Shown here: positions 1-8,279 of the stretch, one piece after another | Layout of the letters: each line of letters starts with the position of its first letter | How positions within the stretch are numbered: the stretch's first letter is position 1 | DNA from: a virus | Taxonomy: Duplodnaviria > Caudoviricetes | Direction: 5' to 3' (one strand) | DNA length: 24,379 nucleotides | IMG/VR virus record: IMGVR_UViG_3300020045_010362 | Coordinates: 1 to 24,379 of that record | Notes under the pieces: model-generated | The model's input: only the letters and a program-made list of their open reading frames with translations | Database searches by the model: none | Told to the model about the DNA's origin: nothing | Position numbers and translations under genes: made by a program

Positions 1-121
1 CAGCCGCGTTCGTGCTGGTATTAGTCGTGGTAGCGAAGGTGTTGGTGCCGTTCAACAAGCTGATGACTTGCAGTCCGGTAGTAGCAGCCGTCTTAACGAC
101 AAACTTCCCACCATTAACCTT
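1..121. repeat. Exact 121-bp direct copy of 2152-2272 at the window edge
   Basis: Base-by-base identity from cagccgcgtt to ccattaacctt. The copies diverge at 122 (a) versus 2273 (g). Confidence 0.97.
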
Positions 122-871
122 AGTGAGTCTATTGAGGGGAAGCTACTTAAGGTAGAGGGGAGACGGGATTTCTATACTACCAAAGAATGGCGATCCCAAA
201 CCTGTAACGACAACTACTACGACAACACAATGAGGTTGGGTGGGTATCCAGGTGTAGTGGGTGCCCGTGGGGAACTTTATTTCTCCAACTCGGAGCAAAA
301 AGAGGCCAAGTTTGTACGGAATAAGTATAAGGATAATTTCCTGATCGTATGGGCATTAAAGGGATCTAGTCACCATAAAGTGTATCCATTGCTGGCACCG
401 GTACTTGGGGAATGGTTAGATACTCGACCGGACGTACGAGTAGTGTTGGTAGGATCTCCGGATGATCAAAAGTATCAGTTCGATCATCCACAAGTTAATT
501 GTGCTGCGGGGAGATTGGGTATCCGAGATGTGTTTTGTCTAAGCCAATATGCGGATCTGGTTGTTGGACCAGAGTCTGCTATTATTAATGCCGCTTCATG
601 TTTTGATGTACCTAAAATTACTTTCCTAACCCACAGTAGTCATGATAACCTGTGTAAGTATTGGGTTAATGATTATTGTTTACCTGCTGAATCAGTGTGT
701 AGTCCATGTCACCAATTACATTATTCTTTAGAGTCATGTCCCCTAACTAGTCTGGAACATCAGGAAACTGGTGATAAGGTTGGCACTTTTCCGATTTGTG
801 CCACCTCTGGTATAACCCCGGATCGACTTAAAGCTCGGTTGAATGAAGTTTATAACCGCTATAAAGCTTAG
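68..871 (+). CDS. Glycosyltransferase family 9 (ADP-heptose heptosyltransferase-like), C-terminal fragment; genuine sequence probably starts ~113 and the N-terminus is missing
   Basis: Motifs INLSESIEG, WALKGSSHHKVYP, VVLVGS, ADLVVGPESAIINAASCFDVPKITF and a C-terminal CSPC..C..C are typical of GT9/GT-B proteins. The first 15 codons come from the duplicated 121 bp. It is the only convincing plus-strand gene. Confidence 0.8.
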   Translation: MQSGSSSRLNDKLPTINLSESIEGKLLKVEGRRDFYTTKEWRSQTCNDNYYDNTMRLGGYPGVVGARGELYFSNSEQKEAKFVRNKYKDNFLIVWALKGSSHHKVYPLLAPVLGEWLDTRPDVRVVLVGSPDDQKYQFDHPQVNCAAGRLGIRDVFCLSQYADLVVGPESAIINAASCFDVPKITFLTHSSHDNLCKYWVNDYCLPAESVCSPCHQLHYSLESCPLTSLEHQETGDKVGTFPICATSGITPDRLKARLNEVYNRYKA

Positions 872-1273
872 GAATTGCCCATCCCTGACATAGGTGTCCT
901 TCTCCTGCCACTTACCCATGTCCTTCAGGTAATCCCGAATAATGGCTGGATCACCCGGAACCGCATGGATAACACAGTGCCCACCTAACTTAAGCTTGGA
1001 AACCATTGATTTCAAAGGGGGATTCTCACGTGCCCCCACAAAGATATGATCCAGACTATTATTGGCTATGATGTCGAGGTTGGTATCGCATAGGTTGGTT
1101 TCCTGAGCTTTCAGGACATCCACATTGAGGCTGTATTTACCGTGGTCGATGGCTTGTTTGGGAACGATAGGATCATTAGCGCAGCCCCAGGAGGCACCTC
1201 GACCCCCCAGGTATGCCGCACTCCGATACCGAACCCATTTAGAATCAACAACTTTGGGTTGGGAGGCGGTCAT
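743..1273 (-). CDS. Methyltransferase-like N-terminal domain, probably the truncated 5' part of an MTase-GT9 fusion (genuine to ~869)
   Basis: YLGGRGASWGCA resembles a degenerate SAM motif I; SLDHIF and KLKLGGHCVI resemble class I MTase motifs. After DGQFL the frame runs antisense through the GT9 fragment. TAATG coupling to the upstream gene at 1273. Confidence 0.6.
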   Translation of the reverse strand: MTASQPKVVDSKWVRYRSAAYLGGRGASWGCANDPIVPKQAIDHGKYSLNVDVLKAQETNLCDTNLDIIANNSLDHIFVGARENPPLKSMVSKLKLGGHCVIHAVPGDPAIIRDYLKDMGKWQEKDTYVRDGQFLSFIAVINFIQPSFKSIRGYTRGGTNRKSANLITSFLMFQTS

Positions 1274-1749
1274 TAGTCGTTATCTTCATCCTCATCATCA
1301 AGTGCTTGCTCAGGACGACCAGCAGAAATAGTGAAGGCGAATAGACCACCGGGTAGGACCCGGCGGGTTTTACCCCCATGTGCTTTCATGTGGGGGATGA
1401 TGGAACTGGCGTGAAAGCGCAAAATTTTATTACATATATCACACCGGAAATCATGGGCTTCTAGACCTAGATCTTCCAGCTCTTGCCAAAACGAGCTTAG
1501 TTTTCCATCTGAGGTTTTGACCTGTACAATAAATCCACCACTATGGTCATGTTCGATGTGTCGTTGAACCGACTCACCTTTGATTAGTAGCTTGGTGTGG
1601 CAGGACATATCGGCCAAATGTACTGGTTTGTACGCGGAACAGGTTAGAATGGTAGGGACTAGACGAGCTTGGTTAAACGCCTTCCAATTCGTATAAGTCT
1701 TTGATTTTTCAGGGGTTTTCGCCACGGGTGTGGCTTTGGTATCAGTCAT
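1273..1749 (-). CDS. C2H2 zinc-finger-containing hypothetical protein
   Basis: FRCDICNKILRFHASSIIPHMKAH (C-x2-C...H-x3-H). Start set to the ATG at 1749 with GGAG 5 nt upstream, rather than TTG 1791. Confidence 0.75.
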   Translation of the reverse strand: MTDTKATPVAKTPEKSKTYTNWKAFNQARLVPTILTCSAYKPVHLADMSCHTKLLIKGESVQRHIEHDHSGGFIVQVKTSDGKLSSFWQELEDLGLEAHDFRCDICNKILRFHASSIIPHMKAHGGKTRRVLPGGLFAFTISAGRPEQALDDEDEDND

Positions 1750-1851
1750 ATATTCTCCAACCGGGTTGCGGTTGCGGGGCATACTAGCCAACTTTGTTGG
1801 CCAGCACCGACTTCCGTTATGTAGCCGTCGGGCAGCTACTATATAGCTATA

Positions 1852-1880
1852 AGGGGTACAGGCTTTCGGCCTGTACCCCT
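1852..1880 (-). terminator. Perfect 12-bp inverted repeat; likely intrinsic terminator after the capsid genes (or an operator)
   Basis: aggggtacaggc-tttcg-gcctgtacccct. On the minus strand it is followed by an A/T-rich tract but only a weak U-run. Confidence 0.65.
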
Positions 1881-1882
1881 AC

Positions 1883-1911
1883 ATTATAGCATATTACTGT
1901 CAGGTTGTCAA
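1883..1911 (-). promoter_or_regulatory. Consensus sigma70 promoter with extended -10
   Basis: Minus strand reads TTGACA (1911-1906), 17-nt spacer ending TGC, then TATAAT (1888-1883). It is intergenic. Confidence 0.88.
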
Positions 1912-1912
1912 C

Positions 1913-2419
1913 TTAACTAACGTCGGGTTTCTCCTGAACTTCCAGCCACATATCGAAGGCTCCAAAAGAATCTCCGGAAGCGGTAGCCGTACCTGCCACT
2001 GCCACCGTGATCCCCGTGCCAGTCCCAAAGATGGACCAGTCGGTAGTCGTAGTGATAGTGCCAACCACTGTGCTGCCGTTTGGCAACGTGGTGGTCTGAG
2101 TCGACACAGCCGTGCTGGCCGTGTTGGTCAGAGTCAGGGTGATTTCAACACCAGCCGCGTTCGTGCTGGTATTAGTCGTGGTAGCGAAGGTGTTGGTGCC
2201 GTTCAACAAGCTGATGACTTGCAGTCCGGTAGTAGCAGCCGTCTTAACGACAAACTTCCCACCATTAACCTTGGTACGTTTGATGAACTTCGGAATGCGA
2301 TAAGCAGCCGCAGCGATGGCATTAGCAGTACTGGAGGCAGTCAGAGTGCCGGTAAGCACTCCGGACTGTCCCATGATTTCCATCGGGCGGGAGTAGTATT
2401 TTTGATCAGAGTATCCCAT
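1913..2419 (-). CDS. Thr/Ala-rich capsid-associated (decoration/cement-like) protein
   Basis: Directly downstream of the major capsid gene with a strong AAGGAG RBS; beta-rich composition. Function inferred from position. Confidence 0.6.
   Translation of the reverse strand: MGYSDQKYYSRPMEIMGQSGVLTGTLTASSTANAIAAAAYRIPKFIKRTKVNGGKFVVKTAATTGLQVISLLNGTNTFATTTNTSTNAAGVEITLTLTNTASTAVSTQTTTLPNGSTVVGTITTTTDWSIFGTGTGITVAVAGTATASGDSFGAFDMWLEVQEKPDVS
2152..2272. repeat. Native copy of the 121-bp sequence duplicated at 1-121
   Basis: Lies in frame within the intact 168-aa gene. Confidence 0.95.
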
Positions 2420-2430
2420 GATAGTCTCCT

Positions 2431-3381
2431 TTAGGCAGAGGTAACGAACACAAGATGCTGTTCGCTATCCACGGCGTAATTCCAAACCGTCTGGAAACCC
2501 AGCAACGCATACCAGGCTAGGCCCATATCACGACCGTAGTCCTGGGGAACCTTAACACGGATTTCCTCGGGAACTGCGACCGCTTCATAGACCTGGTCCG
2601 ACCCAAAGAACACGGCCTGACCATAAAGGCTGGACGCACCGATGGTATTGGACAAGAAACCAGTTTCCTCCACAAAACGAGTCTTGTAGAACTCGCCGAC
2701 TTCGCCCGCAAACACGTTGGGAGCAAACGTCACAGTGTACTTACTGATATCCTGCCATCCACCCGCAGCAGTATCGGCATGCATACCCGACATAGCAGTC
2801 ACACCTGCGATGCAAACATAGTTACGACCATCATACTTGGGAATCAAGCGTTTGGTCATAAAGTTCACAACGTCACGGGTGTTGCTGGCAGTCAGGTTGG
2901 CAGTCGCCGTAGCAGTGGCAGTACCATTAGTGGTAAAGACCACGCTGTTGGTGGCAGACATAACCGCGATAAAATCAGTGTTGATATACTTGGTTCCGCA
3001 AGCGGATTCTAGCACCTTCACCATATCATCACGGAGGCGTTGTTCGGTGGCAGGCTCCAACTGGAACTGTGCCAAATTCTCTAGCTTCTGGGTAAACGGA
3101 ATTGCGTTACCATACTCGGTAATGACACAAGTCCCCTGATTGGTCACGAACTGGGTTTCAGGGATCGTGTTGGTTTCAATCAACACTCCGCCCTGGGTCT
3201 GAACGTTCTGCATCTTGTCGAATAGGAACGTATCACCACGGTTCTTTCCAATCGCCTCTTTGGCGTCTACAAACTGCCGGAATCGAAATAGAGGCTGCGC
3301 TACCGACCGCAATTTCTGCGACAGGTAAGGCTGGGACATTACGCCGCCGAGGCTGGACACGCTATATACTTGTCCTGGCAT
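2431..3381 (-). CDS. Major capsid protein, N4-gp56-like (HK97 fold)
   Basis: 316 aa with FRQFVD..GKNRGDT, ITEYGNAIPFTQKL, GEVGEFYKTRFVEET and DYGRDMGLAWYALLGF. Follows the scaffold gene. Confidence 0.9.
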   Translation of the reverse strand: MPGQVYSVSSLGGVMSQPYLSQKLRSVAQPLFRFRQFVDAKEAIGKNRGDTFLFDKMQNVQTQGGVLIETNTIPETQFVTNQGTCVITEYGNAIPFTQKLENLAQFQLEPATEQRLRDDMVKVLESACGTKYINTDFIAVMSATNSVVFTTNGTATATATANLTASNTRDVVNFMTKRLIPKYDGRNYVCIAGVTAMSGMHADTAAGGWQDISKYTVTFAPNVFAGEVGEFYKTRFVEETGFLSNTIGASSLYGQAVFFGSDQVYEAVAVPEEIRVKVPQDYGRDMGLAWYALLGFQTVWNYAVDSEQHLVFVTSA

Positions 3382-3422
3382 AATTTATCCTTTCCGGGGG
3401 CTGCCCGGATAACCGTCAACGC

Positions 3423-4256
3423 TTAGCGTTGTACGGGTGACAAACCACTAAAACTGGCATGCTGTGCCTTACGCTTGGCGAAGTAATCATTCATAGATTC
3501 AACAGGCGGCTCACTGGGAGACGACGGCTGTTCGCGTTGTGTGTTCACAGGGTTCGGTCTAAGTGTTTGACTGGCTACCACTTCCGAGTTACGGACAGTA
3601 GCACGTTGTGCCCCAGCGCCCTGGAGTTTCTGGGTAATTTTTCGGGCGTTTTCGATTTCTGCATTTACAGCTTCTTTGTAGACTGTTACGTAGTCAGCGG
3701 GTGTTTTGATCTTACCCGACTCCTGTGCAGCTTGAAGTCGGACATTCACGCCCATACCGATGTAGGATTCCATTTCCTGTAGGTCGGCATGTTTGGTGCG
3801 AATCTCATTGTTATATTCGGTAACAGCACGTTCAGCTTGCATTAAAGCAAGGGCTCTGTTAACGGCCTGTTCTTGGATCTGAGGGGCTAGAAGCTCCATC
3901 AGAGCTTTTTCGCCCTCGGTCTTTTTACCTTCAGCCAGCAACTTCAGCCAATCTTCTTGAGCCAACTCAGGTTGAGCGGCTGGTTCAGGTTTGGGTGGGT
4001 TAAGTTGGGCTCTAAGGGAAGACAGTTCAGCTAGCACCTGTGCCATAGCATCAGGTGCGGGTTCGTGGATCTGGGGTTCTACTGTCTCAGCAACAGGGGC
4101 TGGTTCAGTCGCAGGCTCCGGAGTCCCATACTGCTGTTCATACTTCTGAATAATAGCATCCCGATTGGGATTATTAACAGGTTGCCCGGACGGATCGCCG
4201 GGATTAGGAACTACTGCTTCTGGAGTAGTGACAGGTGTTTGTTCGTTTTCAGGCAT
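3423..4256 (-). CDS. Capsid scaffolding protein
   Basis: Acidic Pro/Glu-rich N-terminus, helical coiled-coil core, immediately upstream of the major capsid gene. Confidence 0.75.
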   Translation of the reverse strand: MPENEQTPVTTPEAVVPNPGDPSGQPVNNPNRDAIIQKYEQQYGTPEPATEPAPVAETVEPQIHEPAPDAMAQVLAELSSLRAQLNPPKPEPAAQPELAQEDWLKLLAEGKKTEGEKALMELLAPQIQEQAVNRALALMQAERAVTEYNNEIRTKHADLQEMESYIGMGVNVRLQAAQESGKIKTPADYVTVYKEAVNAEIENARKITQKLQGAGAQRATVRNSEVVASQTLRPNPVNTQREQPSSPSEPPVESMNDYFAKRKAQHASFSGLSPVQR

Positions 4257-4315
4257 AATTGTTGTCGAGCAAGGCTCGGTGATTTAAATATAGCACAGTC
4301 GGTAAGTTGTTGCTG

Positions 4316-4609
4316 TTATTGGAGGAAAAGGTTCTGCTCGGCCAACAACTCTTTAGCGCGGGCACCTTCCCGAAGCACTTTTTCAAAACTGGTGATGATG
4401 TAGTCAATTCCCCATAGTCTACCCGCAATTTGTTCACGAGTCTGGGAATTAGGTTGCTGTGGATTGAGGGTAGCATCTACTAATTGCTTTGTTAGTAGCA
4501 GTTTAGCTTCATCTAATTTAGGTTTAATTACATCAGTCCAAGCTATATGGTTAAGTAGATCTTGGGTGTCTAGGCCTTGAGCGGCTTTTAAAGGGACATT
4601 TGATTGCAT
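4316..4609 (-). CDS. Small helical head-module protein (type usually found between portal and scaffold)
   Basis: 97 aa with LLNHIAWTDVIKPKL and IAGRLWGIDYI; positioned before the scaffold gene. Confidence 0.6.
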   Translation of the reverse strand: MQSNVPLKAAQGLDTQDLLNHIAWTDVIKPKLDEAKLLLTKQLVDATLNPQQPNSQTREQIAGRLWGIDYIITSFEKVLREGARAKELLAEQNLFLQ

Positions 4610-4611
4610 TT

Positions 4612-5115
4612 TTATTTTATTCTAAAACGTATTGATGAACTACTAGTATTACCAGAAGCGTCGAATGCCTGTGCGTTGAGCATATGCCAGGCGGTCAGCC
4701 TGCCAAACTGGTAAGACAGGCTCCACGGCTCGGTTGTTACCGTCCCAATGGTCTTCCCATCCAGACTCCAGATCACTTTTATAACAGCGATGTTATCGGC
4801 AACGTCTGCGCGGAGTAAAGCTGTTCTACTGATGGTGCCATTGTTTTTGGGTGCTGTGATCTGAACCGTTGGTGCTTGAACATCCGAACAAATGAACTCA
4901 ACTACCTGCAAGTCGGTTTGTATTCCAGTGATGCTGATGACGGATGGTGCCATTGAGCAACCGGGATAGCTAGCCGTAATAGTTCCGGTCCAAGGCTTCT
5001 GTAGTATCTTCTCGTAGTGCCCTTGTGCATCCGTGATGACCGCTCCCCCAGGAGAGAACGTCACCGTAGCATTTGGCAGTGGGACGGTGAGTAAGAGCCC
5101 CAGTAGCCAGATCAT
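4612..5115 (-). CDS. Bacterial Ig-like domain protein with hydrophobic N-terminus
   Basis: DVQAPTVQITAP...ADVADNIAVIKV...DGK...AQAFDASGN matches the Big-type Ig pattern; N-terminus MIWLLGLLL. Confidence 0.8.
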   Translation of the reverse strand: MIWLLGLLLTVPLPNATVTFSPGGAVITDAQGHYEKILQKPWTGTITASYPGCSMAPSVISITGIQTDLQVVEFICSDVQAPTVQITAPKNNGTISRTALLRADVADNIAVIKVIWSLDGKTIGTVTTEPWSLSYQFGRLTAWHMLNAQAFDASGNTSSSSIRFRIK

Positions 5116-7556
5116 CGACGGACCACCGAACCTGAAATTTTAGAGGTGCCGGATGTGGTGCCACCTCCGCTACTAGCGCCTGCTGCGATGATAGAGGGGA
5201 TCGTCGCCAGTGCTGCCTTGATTGCCGTGATTGCGTCCCCGGTGCTACTCATAGCCCATGTGTACGTTTCGCCGCCGCACGTGTAGGCATTGATCGGTAC
5301 AGAGCAAGCCACGCTACCCATCACATTTTCGTGACCGTCGTAGGTGTTATCGGAAGGAGTCACCAAGCCATAGTTGGTCTGGTTAGTGACAGTTGACCCA
5401 TCCGTATCGTTGTAGGCCCAGAACTGCTTTCCAACGGTCTGGTACACACTATTTCCGGTCCCCCGAATAGTGAGATCATCATTTATGCGGACTGCCATGG
5501 CCGCGCCGCGAAGATTCTGCGTGGCTAGGTTATTCTGCGCCAGGTTGTTCCAGGTACCGTTGACTCCAGCGCTGTCAGCCTGCGCCCCAAACCCGTCCCA
5601 AGTGTCCATGATCGGAACATCGCCCATCCCCCACGAAGGTAAGAGATTCATGAGAGTAGGTTGCACCTGTAGGCCAATCAAGTCCGAATTCGCAGCAATC
5701 GCTTGCGCCATCGCCTTTCTAGGGCATCCGTAGTGGCCCCCAACAGCCTGCGTCGTGATCTGGTTCGGTAAATGAGTTTTTATCATCCCCGCTGTTTTTT
5801 GCGTGAAAGAGGCCGTGAAGTTGTACAGCCAGTCATTGAGATCCGTCCAAGCTCCGGCAGAAGCAACAGGGCTTAATCCTGCCACATTACCCGGTTTGGC
5901 TAGAATGTAATCCCCAAGCCACGCCGTATGTGATCCGTTCTCATCGGCGACTGTAGTTCCAACGCCGTACCCGTTGACGCTGTAGTCAATCGTGACCGTG
6001 CAAGGGCCTCCGCAGGAGTTCGGGATGGCCTGATTGTAGGTAAAGCTGATCTGAATTTGCTGTCCGACTGTCAGCGCGGGGGTGATCGTCAAATTGCTCA
6101 GAGTGCCATTGCTGCCCATCGTTCCGTAATTGATAGTTCCGGAAACGGTGTAGGACGGCGAGCAAGTCTGATCCTGAACACCTAAAGATCCCGCCACAGA
6201 CCGATCATCAGCAAGGCGGCAATCGATATTTGCAGGATACCGCCGAACGATCATACTTCCTGAAACAATGTTCTGCTGGCCGAGATCGATGGGTGTGGTC
6301 CACGTTGTGCCCCCCGCCGCGTCTACTGTGAAAGCGTGCGAGTTTTGAGCTGTCACCACCACCGCACCCGTCGAGTAGTTGATGGTTCCGTTAATCGTCG
6401 TGGCGTTATCCGGCCAGCGCCCTAGCAAGAATCCAGACGCTCCAACTGCCGATTGCGGACGATCCGTGCCGATGACATTTCCAGAAACCTTCAGGACGAT
6501 AGTTGCCTTGCTAATCCCGGTAGTATGTGCCAGGGTGTAGTTAAGCGAGGATGCCGTGCCATCGGTGGTGCCGACCGTTTCGCCGGTGTAGCGCGTCTCC
6601 GCAGAGTCAAAAGCCGTGTAGGTACTTCCCCAAGCCGTATTGAGCGCCGAGATGCTGTTGCTGTACCGGGTCTTGAGAAACGCGATCAGATTTTTTTTGG
6701 CGTGTACGTCCGTATTCGTAAAGATCCAGTTATTAGCGCTGTAAACGTTACTCGGAACGTTCCACTGCGCGTAAGCGGTAGTTGGAACCGAAAGCCCGAT
6801 CCACCCAATACTAGCGTGATAAACCCCGTTTGGCGTCACGCAGTCATCAGGTCCCGGCCCAAATCCATAAATATAATCGTTATCGTCTGCCCACATGCCT
6901 ATGGTGTAGGGAGTATTCATCGACGCCGCAAACGGATCATTTGTGAACACGGGTGCCGTAAGTGCTCGTGTTAAATACCCATCAATGTAGGCATCCAAGT
7001 TGGGATCAAAACCATCGGAAACGTAATTTGAATAGGGGATCGAGGACGGTGTTAATTGCCGCAAATCTTTAACGGCATCCGTCGGCATCACTTGGCCATT
7101 TCCGAAGTTGGTACGCTGGAGCGCATATCCAACCATGTGGGTTTCTTTCCAGTAGGGCACTTTGGTTGATCCAAGCAAGCCCGCTACCATGTCATTTTGA
7201 AGGCCGTAATCGGAATACTCGGCCATGCAGTTGAAGCCCCATCCGATGTAGCGAGAAAGCGCTGCTGTTTTCCAGTTCAGAAGCGTTGTGTATTTTGCAG
7301 TTCCAGATGCGTTTAAATTGCCTGATCCATTACCAATCCCCAGCGGAATTACAAGCGCGTAAAGCGCCCCGCACCAATACCCATGGCCCGCTGGCGTGGT
7401 CATCAGCCACCGCTGATTAGCGCCAATCGTGTACTTCTCGACTTTCCACGCTCCAGTGGAGCCAGTAGGAGAAGCCAAGGAATTCAGACCCCCGTAGGCA
7501 TCTGTTTGAGCGAAGCAATAACTTGCCGCGGCCAGAATCAAGAGTAGTTTTTTCAT
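5112..7556 (-). CDS. Secreted glycoside-hydrolase-like protein (GH42/GH50-like barrel) with inserted beta-sandwich domains
   Basis: Signal peptide MKKLLLILAAASYCFA|Q (ATG 7556). Motifs WKVEK..RWLMTTPAGHGYW, WGFN and LKTRYSNSISALNTAWGSTY. The central insert has two GTINY motifs. Confidence 0.6.
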   Translation of the reverse strand: MKKLLLILAAASYCFAQTDAYGGLNSLASPTGSTGAWKVEKYTIGANQRWLMTTPAGHGYWCGALYALVIPLGIGNGSGNLNASGTAKYTTLLNWKTAALSRYIGWGFNCMAEYSDYGLQNDMVAGLLGSTKVPYWKETHMVGYALQRTNFGNGQVMPTDAVKDLRQLTPSSIPYSNYVSDGFDPNLDAYIDGYLTRALTAPVFTNDPFAASMNTPYTIGMWADDNDYIYGFGPGPDDCVTPNGVYHASIGWIGLSVPTTAYAQWNVPSNVYSANNWIFTNTDVHAKKNLIAFLKTRYSNSISALNTAWGSTYTAFDSAETRYTGETVGTTDGTASSLNYTLAHTTGISKATIVLKVSGNVIGTDRPQSAVGASGFLLGRWPDNATTINGTINYSTGAVVVTAQNSHAFTVDAAGGTTWTTPIDLGQQNIVSGSMIVRRYPANIDCRLADDRSVAGSLGVQDQTCSPSYTVSGTINYGTMGSNGTLSNLTITPALTVGQQIQISFTYNQAIPNSCGGPCTVTIDYSVNGYGVGTTVADENGSHTAWLGDYILAKPGNVAGLSPVASAGAWTDLNDWLYNFTASFTQKTAGMIKTHLPNQITTQAVGGHYGCPRKAMAQAIAANSDLIGLQVQPTLMNLLPSWGMGDVPIMDTWDGFGAQADSAGVNGTWNNLAQNNLATQNLRGAAMAVRINDDLTIRGTGNSVYQTVGKQFWAYNDTDGSTVTNQTNYGLVTPSDNTYDGHENVMGSVACSVPINAYTCGGETYTWAMSSTGDAITAIKAALATIPSIIAAGASSGGGTTSGTSKISGSVVRR

Positions 7557-7560
7557 AAGG

Positions 7561-8277
7561 TTATTTGAAAGCAATCACTGAACCTCCCCAATCGTTTGAG
7601 CCGCCTGTAGATATAGCGGCGGTAATAGACGATTGGGCCGAACTAAAGGTGGTATCCTCGCAGCCAGTGTCAAATGGGCTTGGGCCACGCAAAGTTGCGG
7701 TGTTCCCTCCAATGGCCCCCGCTGTGTACGTAGCAATATTGGCCAGCGTTGCACAAGCAACAACAAGTCCACCCGATGCCGTACTGAAGCTCGGGCTTGT
7801 CCATGAGGTAGAGCTACTGGCTGTAGTGCTTGCGCTCGTATCCAGCACTGGAGTCCCACCGGATACCGAGTACCGGAGAACGACCAATGCCATATTGGAA
7901 GCGTTTGAGGACGGCGTGCAGGTAAAACTAGAACTTCCGGATGCTGAGTTCAGCGTGTACCCGATCTGAAAGGATGCGCCGCTGCCAAGCCACAACTGCC
8001 GCGTTATGGTGGAATAGGTACTGCCAGCACTATCAGAGAAGGTAAAGGTTCTATCCCCACCAGATCGGCAAGCAATAACCACGAGATTTCCAGAGGAGAG
8101 TGTTAGGTTGGAATCACTCGTAAGAGATGCAACCGATCCGCCATTTTCCCCACCATTAGTGAAATCCTGAAACGTGAAGGTTAAGGCAGACATCTTCTGT
8201 GAAAACAGAAATGCTTGAGAAGTAGACTGTCCAAAAGCAAGCACGCCTGAAAAGAGCAAACAGAGAATCTTTTTCAT
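7561..8277 (-). CDS. Ser/Thr-rich beta-sandwich protein with signal peptide
   Basis: MKKILCLLFSGVLAFG|Q; GNLVVIAC...FSDSAGSTY resembles phage fibre/receptor-binding-type beta domains. Confidence 0.7.
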   Translation of the reverse strand: MKKILCLLFSGVLAFGQSTSQAFLFSQKMSALTFTFQDFTNGGENGGSVASLTSDSNLTLSSGNLVVIACRSGGDRTFTFSDSAGSTYSTITRQLWLGSGASFQIGYTLNSASGSSSFTCTPSSNASNMALVVLRYSVSGGTPVLDTSASTTASSSTSWTSPSFSTASGGLVVACATLANIATYTAGAIGGNTATLRGPSPFDTGCEDTTFSSAQSSITAAISTGGSNDWGGSVIAFK

Positions 8278-8279
8278 GT

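Noticed and set aside
1-121. 121-bp repeat as a DGR template/variable repeat pair, terminal repeat or att site
   Set aside because: The copies are identical with no adenine-specific mismatches, no reverse transcriptase or integrase is present, and the second copy is internal to a gene rather than at the other end.
119-871. Recombinase-driven invertible segment or restriction-ligation product bounded by CTTAG
   Set aside because: The shared motif is only 5 bp and in direct orientation, the native copy reads CTTGG, no invertase is present, and flipping the segment would still leave the GT9 N-terminal part missing.
1783-1839. tracrRNA-like (AGTCGGTGC) or HDV-like ribozyme
   Set aside because: The match to tracrRNA is only a short word, and I could not build the HDV P3/L3/P1.1 elements. 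Kept only as an unassigned structured leader.
6691-6698. A8 run on the coding strand as a frameshift or phase-variation site
   Set aside because: The reading frame is intact through it and I saw no supporting alternative-frame product.
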